This document shows, one piece after another, positions 9,360 through 17,011 of a stretch of DNA of 64,000 bases; positions within the stretch are counted from its first letter, which is position 1, and each line of letters starts with the position of its first letter. The stretch spans positions 413,938-477,937 of the forward strand of contig CAWDJB010000003.1 in NCBI GenBank assembly GCA_963802505.1. The letters run 5' to 3'. The position numbers and the translations under genes were made by a program. The notes beneath the pieces are model-generated. The model made no database searches, was not told where the DNA came from, and saw only the letters and a list, made by a program, of their open reading frames with translations. The stretch is from an uncultured Acidimicrobiales bacterium (lineage in GTDB: Bacteria > Actinomycetota > Acidimicrobiia > Acidimicrobiales > DATKAS01).

Positions 9360-9853
9360 GCGAGCGTCTTTTCATCGCCGCCTGGCTCCCGGACGATGTG
9401 CTCGACGCCATCGCCGCGCTGCCACGGCCGTCGATGTCACACGTGCGGTGGACGACTCGTGATCAGTGGCACGTCACGCTGCGCTTTCTGGGTGACGCTG
9501 CCGCAGACGAGGTGATCGCAGCGCTCAGCCGAGTCACGGCGCCCCCGACTGACGCGGTGCTCGCGACCCGCACCCAGCGCCTGGGTCGCGGGGTGCTTTG
9601 CGTCCACGTCTCAGGGCTCGACGATCTCGCCGCGGCCGTGCTCGCCGCGACAGCGAGCCTCGGCCGCCCGCCCGAACACCGCGCCTTTCGGGGTCACGTC
9701 ACCCTGGCGCGGGTCGATGGCCGGACGAAGCCCCCGCTCACCGACGTGCCGGCGCTCTCTTGGCCGGTTGCTACGTTCGCCCTCGTGCGCAGTCATCTGG
9801 GAGGCGGCCCCGCCCGCTACGAGACGGTGGCCACATGGCCGCTCCAGCCATGA
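9356..9853 (+). CDS. thpR: RNA 2',3'-cyclic phosphodiesterase (2H phosphoesterase, ThpR/LigT-like); start uncertain
   Basis: Two HxT motifs (HVTLRFLG and HVTLARV). No ATG/GTG lies near the homologous N-terminus (LFIAAWLP). CTG 9356 overlapping the cinA stop is a guess. Confidence 0.65.
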   Translation: MSERLFIAAWLPDDVLDAIAALPRPSMSHVRWTTRDQWHVTLRFLGDAAADEVIAALSRVTAPPTDAVLATRTQRLGRGVLCVHVSGLDDLAAAVLAATASLGRPPEHRAFRGHVTLARVDGRTKPPLTDVPALSWPVATFALVRSHLGGGPARYETVATWPLQP

Positions 9854-10341
9854 GCGATCCCCACGCCGACGTCGTCGCGGCCCTCGACGCGCGTGGCGTC
9901 GACTACGAGGTGATGGACTGCGACCCTGACTTCGCCGACACCGCCGCGTTCTGCGAGAAGTACGGCATCTCGCCCGACGAGTCGGCCAACACGATCCTCG
10001 TCGTCGGCAAGTCAGAGCCGCGGCGCTATGTCGCCTGCGTCGTGCTCGCCACCACGCGACTCGACGTGAACGGCATCGTGCGGCAGCGCCTCGGCGTGAA
10101 GAAGGCGTCGTTCGCCTCCGCCGACGAGACCCGCGACATGACCGGCATGTTGATCGGCGGCGTCACGCCGATCGCGCTGCCTGACGGCGTTCCGATCTGG
10201 GTCGACGCCGCGGTGATGACGCCCGCGTCGATCGTGCTCGGCGGCGGCGACCGGTCGACGAAGCTGCGGATGACGCCGGCCGCGCTCGTGTCTCTGCCGA
10301 ACGTCGAGGTCGTCGACGACCTGGCCAAGTCCGTCACCTGA
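9850..10341 (+). CDS. YbaK/EbsC-like aminoacyl-tRNA editing domain protein
   Basis: ATG 9850 overlaps the thpR stop (ATGA). 163 aa with ...MLIGGVTPIALP... typical of YbaK-type deacylases. By-eye call. Confidence 0.6.
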   Translation: MSDPHADVVAALDARGVDYEVMDCDPDFADTAAFCEKYGISPDESANTILVVGKSEPRRYVACVVLATTRLDVNGIVRQRLGVKKASFASADETRDMTGMLIGGVTPIALPDGVPIWVDAAVMTPASIVLGGGDRSTKLRMTPAALVSLPNVEVVDDLAKSVT

Positions 10342-10345
10342 CACT

Positions 10346-11575
10346 TCACGCCGCGCGCCTTCGCGGCGGCCCGGTTGTCATCACTTCCCCGTTCGGCAGT
10401 GTGACCACGAGGATGCGGTTGGGCGCGAGCTCGACTACCCACCCGGCGTCATGGATCGCGGTGTGGTGCCGCGCGCACACGGGCAAGAGGTTGTCGAGGT
10501 CGGTGCGCCCGCCGTGTCGCCACCAGCGGACATGGTGGACCTTGCAGTGATCGAACCGCACGGGGCAGTCGGGGATCGCGCAGGTCGGGTAGATCGCTCG
10601 GAGTGCTCTTCGTTGGGCGGCGTTGGCGAGCCGGGTGGTGCGACCCAAGTCGAGCCGGCCGGGCGCGTGCACGATCGCGCCGTCACGGACCACGACCGTG
10701 TGGACGCCGGCGGTTGGCGCCATCTCGGTGAGCACGCTGATGGGGAGCTCGACGGGGATACCCCAGTCGACCGTGGGACCGCGATCGTCGCTGGCTCGGG
10801 TATCGACCACGACGATCATCTCGGGTCGCCCGGCTCGCCCGGCGCCGCGTTCGCAGAGGTCGAGCAGGGCGAGGGCCTGCAAGTACGCGTTCTTCTCGAC
10901 GGGGTCTGTGGGGCAGCCGTCGGGGGTCTTGTCCGCGAACAGCTCGGACATCCGTGCCTTGAGCCGGTTGAGGAACCCGAGACCGCGCAGCGGGTCGAGC
11001 TTGCCCCAGAACTCGACCATCCCCGACGCCGGGTCGACGCGATGGTTGAACCGGATCGCTCGCTGCTGACGCTCGAGGCGTGCCTTGCCGTCGTCGCCGG
11101 CGAGGCGCTCTGCCTCGGCGCGCACCATCCGCCCGAACTCCTCGGCCGACGTGCGGGCCGCGGCCTCGGCGAGCGCGTCGATGCGCTCGGCCAGCTCTTT
11201 GCGCTTTGCTCCTTCAGCGTTGCGTAGCGCCTTGCCCGCGGCGTCGACGTGCTCGCCCGAGACCTCGCCGTTGTCGAGCGCGCTCGCGAGCTTGGGTGTC
11301 TCGTTCAGCGCCTCTTGGCGTCGCAACGCCCTCTTTGCCGACCGTTGAGAGCTCCGCGCCGCCTTGGCCATCGGCTTCTCGGGGACCGGGCTGTGCCGGC
11401 GCATGAACCCCGCGAGCGCGACCTCCCGCCCGTCGCACCACCGCCGGATCGCCGCGAGATCGGCGACCGCCTGCACGACCCGACTGCGATCGCTCGACTC
11501 GTCGACCGACTCGACCGACCGCACCAGCCCCACGACTTCGTCGACCCGCACTTCCACCTCCCGCGCGCCTACCAA
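10346..11575 (-). CDS. DUF222 / HNH endonuclease domain protein (REP13E12-like family)
   Basis: C-terminal HNH region CAIPDCPVRFDHCKVHHVRWWRHGGRTDLDNLLPVCARHHTAIHDAGW. The long helical N-terminus is typical of actinobacterial DUF222 proteins. Stop lies 4 nt after the ybaK stop. Start is TTG 11575 or GTG 11551. Confidence 0.8.
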   Translation of the reverse strand: MVGAREVEVRVDEVVGLVRSVESVDESSDRSRVVQAVADLAAIRRWCDGREVALAGFMRRHSPVPEKPMAKAARSSQRSAKRALRRQEALNETPKLASALDNGEVSGEHVDAAGKALRNAEGAKRKELAERIDALAEAAARTSAEEFGRMVRAEAERLAGDDGKARLERQQRAIRFNHRVDPASGMVEFWGKLDPLRGLGFLNRLKARMSELFADKTPDGCPTDPVEKNAYLQALALLDLCERGAGRAGRPEMIVVVDTRASDDRGPTVDWGIPVELPISVLTEMAPTAGVHTVVVRDGAIVHAPGRLDLGRTTRLANAAQRRALRAIYPTCAIPDCPVRFDHCKVHHVRWWRHGGRTDLDNLLPVCARHHTAIHDAGWVVELAPNRILVVTLPNGEVMTTGPPRRRAA

Positions 11576-11601
11576 ACCGACACAACGAGGGAAGTGAGAT
11601 C

Positions 11602-11625
11602 ACCCTACAGAGGGGGTGTGACATT
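11602..11625 (-). promoter_or_regulatory. TGTCACAC-N8-TAGGGT promoter-like element upstream of the HNH gene (copy 1 of the 20-nt inverted repeat)
   Basis: The minus strand reads AATGTCACACCCCCTCTGTAGGGT. The first 20 nt are identical to 45788-45807 upstream of recA. Confidence 0.45.
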
Positions 11626-11662
11626 AAGTCCGAGATCGAGTGGCGAAGAGTGAAGCAGTCTC

Positions 11663-12208
11663 CTAGAAGAAGGTGCTGAGGTTGCGGGCGAGGAGCACGG
11701 TCTGCTCGAGCAAGATCACGCGCTTCGCGATCTTGAACGAATCGCCGTCGCGGCGCAGCGTGTCTTGACGGCTGCCGACCCATGCGTCTTCTTCCGACTT
11801 CAACCGGGTGCGGTAGATGTGGAAGTTCGACTCGATGTCGAGCTCGTCGCCACGGTTGTCGACGACCCGCACGTTGTGCACCATGTGCCGCGTGCGTGAC
11901 GGCGGGTCCTCGGCCCACGACGTGCCCGATGCGAACTTCAGCGCACGGCCGTTGAGCATCATCTTGTCGTCGTCGAAGTAGGCCATCTCGCCCGGCTTCG
12001 TGAACTCCTTGTCGAGCTCGCGCTTCGAGCGAGTGCGGCGGATCGGCATGAAGTAGTGGGTGTCGTCGGCGAAGAGCTCGACCCACTCCGCGTACTTGTG
12101 TGCGTCGAGCAGCGCCGCTTCCTCGTAATAGAACTGCTCGACCTCGTACTGCGTCACCAGCTTGGCCAGCAGCCGGGGGTCGACCATCGCTTCCTGATCA
12201 ATCGCCAT
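11663..12208 (-). CDS. Ring-hydroxylating oxygenase beta subunit (beta-2, type A)
   Basis: 181 aa. [30 protein letters not shown] and C-terminal LSTFF. Downstream of alpha-2 on the minus strand. Confidence 0.85.
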   Translation of the reverse strand: MAIDQEAMVDPRLLAKLVTQYEVEQFYYEEAALLDAHKYAEWVELFADDTHYFMPIRRTRSKRELDKEFTKPGEMAYFDDDKMMLNGRALKFASGTSWAEDPPSRTRHMVHNVRVVDNRGDELDIESNFHIYRTRLKSEEDAWVGSRQDTLRRDGDSFKIAKRVILLEQTVLLARNLSTFF

Positions 12209-12235
12209 GTCGATCGCTCTCCTCGGTCGGATCGG

Positions 12236-13600
12236 TCACATGTACTCGCCGGGGGTGGTGTTCGCCCGGAGAGTCTCCCAGTCGCTGCCCTTCATCCACT
12301 CTGCCCACGCGGCGTAGGTCCACAGCTGCGCGTGCTCGTTCGTCGTGCCCTCGATGCGGGCGCGACCCTGTTCGTCGCGGAGGATCTTTCCGCGGCCGAG
12401 ATCCATGCGCAGCAGCTGCGGGATACGCCGGCTCGCCATGCCGCGCGTCTGCATCGTGCTCTGCGACCAGTTCTCTCCGTCTTCCTGCTCGAGCAGGCCG
12501 GCGGGGCCGAAGATGTGGTTCGCCACCATGACGTCGACGGCTCGCCGTTCGGGCGGGTTGTCTCGGTCGGTGAAGCTGTACCACCAGATCTCGGTCTGGT
12601 TCGGCGAGCGGGGGATGCGCAACGAGAGCTGCGTCGTGCCGGTCGCGACCCAGCTGTTCGGGAAGATGTTCGGGTGACCGGCGACCATCGCACCGACAGG
12701 GCCGAGCGCTTCCTGGATGTGCGGCCGGTCCCGCCACGAGTGGTCGATGAGACCACCGGCATCGCCGATGCCCTTCACGTTCGGCCCGCCGATGGCGTGT
12801 CCGTACTCGGCGACGAACGTCATCTCGTCGATGCCCGACCCACCGAGCCCCGCGGGGATCGGAAGCTCTTCACCCGTCGTCGTCTGCGCGCCGCCGACGT
12901 CGACGGTCACGCTCGGATCGGGCGGTATGATGCCCGACGCCATCGCCGACATGTGCGTGACCTGCGGGTGGTACCAGTCGAAGAGGTTGTCGACCGCGAA
13001 TTTCCAGTTGCAGTCGATGATGAACTTCTGGATGCCGGGGATGACCTCGATGTTCCCCCGCAGCGCGATCAGGTCGATGCCCAGCCGGCCGGTCGGGCCG
13101 AGGTAGTCCTCGAGCCGAGGGGCCGTCGGGTCGAGCGTCGCGAAGACGAAGCCGTGGTAGCTCTCGAGCTGCGCGACCTGACGAAGGCCAAGTTGGCTCA
13201 TGTCGAGATCGCCCTTGTAGAACTTGTCGATCCCGGGGACGCCGATGAGGTTGCCGCCGATGTCGTACGACCACCCGTGGTAGGTGCACATGAAGGCTTT
13301 GGTGTTGCCTTCGTCGGCTCGGCACACCGCGTTGCCGCGGTGCATGCACGTGTTCAGGAGGCCCCTGACGCTGCCGTCCTTCTGCCGGACCGCAAGGACG
13401 TTGTCGAGCCCCATGGGTGTCTCGACGAAGTCGCCGGCCTTGGGGATCTGCGACTCGTGGCAGAGGAACTGCCACGCTCGGCCGAAGATGAGCTCCATCT
13501 CGGCATCGAAGATGTCGGGATCGCTGAAGATCCGGCGGTCGATCTCACCACGCTCGACCGACACGAGACCCTCGACGCTGAACGTTTCGGTGATCGCCAT
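12236..13600 (-). CDS. Rieske ring-hydroxylating oxygenase alpha subunit (alpha-2, type A)
   Basis: 454 aa. CMH-x17-CTYH Rieske motif and NWKFAVDNLFDWYHPQVTH iron motif. Close paralogue of alpha-1 and alpha-5. Confidence 0.9.
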   Translation of the reverse strand: MAITETFSVEGLVSVERGEIDRRIFSDPDIFDAEMELIFGRAWQFLCHESQIPKAGDFVETPMGLDNVLAVRQKDGSVRGLLNTCMHRGNAVCRADEGNTKAFMCTYHGWSYDIGGNLIGVPGIDKFYKGDLDMSQLGLRQVAQLESYHGFVFATLDPTAPRLEDYLGPTGRLGIDLIALRGNIEVIPGIQKFIIDCNWKFAVDNLFDWYHPQVTHMSAMASGIIPPDPSVTVDVGGAQTTTGEELPIPAGLGGSGIDEMTFVAEYGHAIGGPNVKGIGDAGGLIDHSWRDRPHIQEALGPVGAMVAGHPNIFPNSWVATGTTQLSLRIPRSPNQTEIWWYSFTDRDNPPERRAVDVMVANHIFGPAGLLEQEDGENWSQSTMQTRGMASRRIPQLLRMDLGRGKILRDEQGRARIEGTTNEHAQLWTYAAWAEWMKGSDWETLRANTTPGEYM

Positions 13601-13679
13601 GAGCGCACGATCTCACGAGACGCGGCGCCGATGCGGCACCGCCGTTCCCCTAGATGAGACGGATTCCAGCCGGGACCAG

Positions 13680-14366
13680 CTACCGGCGGTACGGCATCTT
13701 GGCCGAGTTGGCCTTGCCCTCCTCCCAGTGCTCCCAGTGCAACACCTCGGACAGCGGCCGGCGGGTGGTCGGGCCGTAGCGCTGCTTGTCGGGGTAGCCG
13801 AGCGGGATGAACGCCACCGGCTCGATCTCGTCCGGGATCCCGAGGATCTTCTTGGTGGCGTCGACCGACGGGCCACCGAGCAGGCCGGTGAGCACGGCGC
13901 CGAGGCCGACACCGCGCGCGGCGAGCAGCAGGTTCTGGACAGCCGGCCAGATCGACCCGTAGGCGCCTGGGCTTCCCGGCATCGTCAGGCACGCCACGAT
14001 CCACACCGGGACGTCCTCGATGTGCTCGACCATCACCTTGAGCTTCGGAAACGGGGACGGGTCGCCGGGTTGGGCCCGGCTCACCGCCGCTTGATACATC
14101 CCGTCGAAGTTCCTTCGGGCGATCGCCGAGAGCTCCGCCCTCGTCTCGGCATCACGCACCGCGACGAACGCCCAGGGCTGGCTGTTGCCGCCACTCGGTG
14201 CCTTCGTCGCGGCTTCGATCACCTTCTCGATGAGATCGTCGGGCACCGGATCGGGCTTGAAGCTCCGAATCGCGCGCTGGCTGTAGATCGCGTCGAAGAG
14301 CCCGATCTCGTCCATGGTGTCAATGAAGATGCCATCGTCCCTCCGGTCAACGGAGAGGTGCCGCAC
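13680..14366 (-). CDS. Nitroreductase-family flavoprotein
   Basis: AIYSQRAIRSFKPDPVPDDLIEKVIEAATKAPSGGNSQPWAFV is a typical nitroreductase N-terminus. Met18 (14315) is an alternative start. Confidence 0.75.
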   Translation of the reverse strand: MRHLSVDRRDDGIFIDTMDEIGLFDAIYSQRAIRSFKPDPVPDDLIEKVIEAATKAPSGGNSQPWAFVAVRDAETRAELSAIARRNFDGMYQAAVSRAQPGDPSPFPKLKVMVEHIEDVPVWIVACLTMPGSPGAYGSIWPAVQNLLLAARGVGLGAVLTGLLGGPSVDATKKILGIPDEIEPVAFIPLGYPDKQRYGPTTRRPLSEVLHWEHWEEGKANSAKMPYRR

Positions 14367-14398
14367 TGCAGAACGTCGGCGCGCGGTCCCGATGCGGG

Positions 14399-15403
14399 AT
14401 GCGGCACAGTGCTCTCGTGCCGCTCGAACCGGAGGAGATCGCGGCGTTCGTCGACCTCGAACGCGGCACCGTCGCCGGACGAGCGTTCACGGACGACCTC
14501 GTCTACGACATCGAGCTCGAGCGAGTGTTCGCCCGCGCGTGGTGCTTCCTCTGCGACGCGGAGGGATTCACCACACCAGGTCAGTTCGTGAGCACGTTCA
14601 CGGGCGAGGATCCGGTGACGGTTGTGCGGCAGACCGATGGCACCTCGAAGGTCATGTTGAACTCATGTCGCCATCGCGGCTTGCCGGTATGTGGGCCCGC
14701 CGGCGAGGCGCAGCGGCTCACCTGCGGCTACCACGGATGGACCTACGACCTCGACGGGCGGCTCGTGGGCGTGCTCGACGGGGACGAGGACTTCCGACGA
14801 TGGGCGCAGGACCGACGGCTCGCGCTGATCCCGATCACTCGCACCACGGAGGTGGGCGGGCTCCTGTTCGGCACGTGGGATGCGGGTTGGGCGCCGTCGC
14901 TGGAGGCTGAGGGTTCAGCGCTTGCGGACGCGATCGGGGCCGTCCGCGCCGCGGGGCCGCTCGAGCGCCTTCCGAAGCCAGTCCGGCTCGACGAGAACTG
15001 GAAGGTGGCGGTCGAGTCGCTCGGCGCAGTTGCCGAGAGCGAAGACGGCGTGACCCTGTTTCCCTCGTTTTTCGCATTGCCTTCCCGCGGGCTCGTCGCC
15101 GCGGTGCACCCGAAGGGACCTCACGCGTGCGAGGTCGCGCTCTGGGCGTCCGCGCAGGCACCGTTCGACGCGAGCGATCGTCTTCGCTCCGTGATCGAAA
15201 CGGAACTGGAACCGAAGGGTCCGAGGACCGTCGTGCTCAACCTGAAGCCTCGCGCGACGGAGATCGATGGGTGCCCGGCGGAGGACATGCCGGTCGCACG
15301 GCCTCCGAGACACATCGATGCTCGGGCGACTGCAGACCTCTACCGCGCGTGGATCGAGCACATGGTCGACGACAGTCCGTTGGCGGGGCTGATCACGACA
15401 TAG
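14399..15403 (+). CDS. Rieske-domain oxygenase-alpha-like protein with a degenerate catalytic domain
   Basis: Intact Rieske motif CRH-x16-CGYH. The position aligned with NWKF..D..D.YH....H reads ENWKVAVESLGAVAESEDG, with no His ligands. Only 334 aa and no adjacent beta subunit. Confidence 0.7.
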   Translation: MRHSALVPLEPEEIAAFVDLERGTVAGRAFTDDLVYDIELERVFARAWCFLCDAEGFTTPGQFVSTFTGEDPVTVVRQTDGTSKVMLNSCRHRGLPVCGPAGEAQRLTCGYHGWTYDLDGRLVGVLDGDEDFRRWAQDRRLALIPITRTTEVGGLLFGTWDAGWAPSLEAEGSALADAIGAVRAAGPLERLPKPVRLDENWKVAVESLGAVAESEDGVTLFPSFFALPSRGLVAAVHPKGPHACEVALWASAQAPFDASDRLRSVIETELEPKGPRTVVLNLKPRATEIDGCPAEDMPVARPPRHIDARATADLYRAWIEHMVDDSPLAGLITT

Positions 15404-15480
15404 CTGACGATGCGGGCCCTGATTCCGTTCAGCAGAACCAGACCATTGGCCCGTTTCTCGCCCAGCGGTACACAGACACG

Positions 15481-15505
15481 GTCGGCAGACACTGTCGGCA
15501 GACAC
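15481..15505 (+). repeat. Tandem direct repeat GTCGGCAGACAC x2 (13-nt period) in the spacer upstream of the Liv-type ABC operon
   Basis: GTCGGCAGACAC at 15481-15492 and 15494-15505, separated by one T. Lies about 20 nt upstream of the predicted GTG 15524 start. Confidence 0.8.
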
Positions 15506-15523
15506 CCGGGGGGACAACGACAC

Positions 15524-16306
15524 GTGAGCTCGAACGCGATCGAGGTCACAGGGATGAGCGTGCGATACGGCACGCTCACCGCGCTCGCCGACTTCGACTT
15601 CGTCGCTGCGGACCGTTCGGTCACCGCGGTGATCGGCCCGAACGGCTCGGGCAAGACGACGTTCCTGAACGCGCTGACCGGCGCGGTTCCATATCAGACC
15701 GGTCGCGTCTCGATTCTCGGCGACTACATCGAGAAGGCGACACCCGGCGTGATGCACCGCGCTGGTCTCAGCCGTACCTTCCAGAACCTCGACCTCATGG
15801 ACGATCTCAGTGTCGAGGACAACGTGCGTCTCGGGGCAGCGTGCGATTCGCGGGCCACGCTCATCGAGGCCGCGCTGGGCCTTCCGCGCTCACACACAGA
15901 GACGCGCCAGCGCAAGGCGAACGCGAGGGCCGCGCTCGAGCAGCTCGACATCGCCAACCTGTCGCGCCTCGCGGTCAGCGAGCTCTCCTACGGCATGCGC
16001 CGGCGCGTCGAAGTGGCTCGCGCGCTGGCGAGCTCGCCCCGGATCCTGCTGCTCGACGAGCCCACCGCGGGCATGGGTCCGAACGAAAGCGCCGAGTTCG
16101 CGGCGCTGGTGCTGCACCTCCGCGACGAGCTCGGCCTGACGGTCGTCTTGATCGAGCACGACATGAGCGTCGTGCGCGCCACTGCGCAGCAGGTGTATGT
16201 GCTGTCCGCGGGGCGAGACATCGCTCACGGCGTTCCGGGCATCGTGCTCGACGAGCCGGAAGTGAAGCGCGTGTACCTCGGGGACTTCGAGGTGGCCAGT
16301 GCTTGA
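15524..16306 (+). CDS. Branched-chain-amino-acid-type ABC transporter ATP-binding protein (LivG-like)
   Basis: Walker A GPNGSGKTT, signature LSYGMRRRVEVARAL, Walker B ILLLDEP. Start placed at GTG 15524, preceded by a G-rich RBS. Confidence 0.8.
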   Translation: MSSNAIEVTGMSVRYGTLTALADFDFVAADRSVTAVIGPNGSGKTTFLNALTGAVPYQTGRVSILGDYIEKATPGVMHRAGLSRTFQNLDLMDDLSVEDNVRLGAACDSRATLIEAALGLPRSHTETRQRKANARAALEQLDIANLSRLAVSELSYGMRRRVEVARALASSPRILLLDEPTAGMGPNESAEFAALVLHLRDELGLTVVLIEHDMSVVRATAQQVYVLSAGRDIAHGVPGIVLDEPEVKRVYLGDFEVASA

Positions 16307-17003
16307 GGTGAGCGACCTTTCCATGGCGTACGGACCGATCGAGGTCGTGCACAACCTCTGCCTGACCGTTGGCGACGGCGAGATCGTCACGATCCTCGGG
16401 CGCAACGGCGCCGGCAAGACCACCACCCTCAACGGCATCGCGGGAATCGTGAAGCCGAAGAGCGGTCAGATCAGCCTCGACGGCAAGTCGCTCGCCAAGC
16501 AGAAGGTGAGCGGCATCGCCCGCCTCGGAGTGGCCTACGTGCCCGAAGGTCGGGGCGTTTTTCCCACCCTCACTGTCTGGGAGAACCTCGCGTCGGCGGC
16601 CTATGGACACGGGCTCGGTCGGCGCGCGGCAGGGACGGAGATCAAGAGGGCGGCCGCGTACTTCCCGGTGCTCGAAGAGCGCATGAAGCAGCGCGCCGGA
16701 ACGATGTCAGGCGGCGAGCAGCAGATGCTCGCCCTCGCACGTGCGCTCGTGTCGCGGCCGCGTCTGCTGCTCATCGACGAGCCCGGCCTCGGCCTCGCGC
16801 CAGTGCTCGTCTCACGGCTCTACGAGAACCTCGTGCAGCTCAACCAAGACGGCCTCAGCATCCTGCTGGTCGAGCAGTACGTGGACCTCGCGATCAACAC
16901 GGCAAAGCGTGCCTATGTGCTCGAGAAAGGGCGTGTCGCGCACGAAGGCGCATGCGAAGCAATCAAGGCAAGCAAGGAGCTGGTCAGCGCGTACATCGGC
17001 TGA
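16299..17003 (+). CDS. Branched-chain-amino-acid-type ABC transporter ATP-binding protein (LivF-like)
   Basis: MLEVSDLSMAYG..., GRNGAGKTT, MSGGEQQMLALARAL, LLLIDEP. 8-nt overlap with the LivG-like gene. Confidence 0.85.
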   Translation: MLEVSDLSMAYGPIEVVHNLCLTVGDGEIVTILGRNGAGKTTTLNGIAGIVKPKSGQISLDGKSLAKQKVSGIARLGVAYVPEGRGVFPTLTVWENLASAAYGHGLGRRAAGTEIKRAAAYFPVLEERMKQRAGTMSGGEQQMLALARALVSRPRLLLIDEPGLGLAPVLVSRLYENLVQLNQDGLSILLVEQYVDLAINTAKRAYVLEKGRVAHEGACEAIKASKELVSAYIG

Positions 17004-17011
17004 CCCCAACC

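Noticed and set aside
9435-9442. A third occurrence of TGTCACAC.
   Set aside because: It is inside the thpR coding sequence, no TAnnnT follows 8 nt downstream, and the rest of the 20-mer is not shared.
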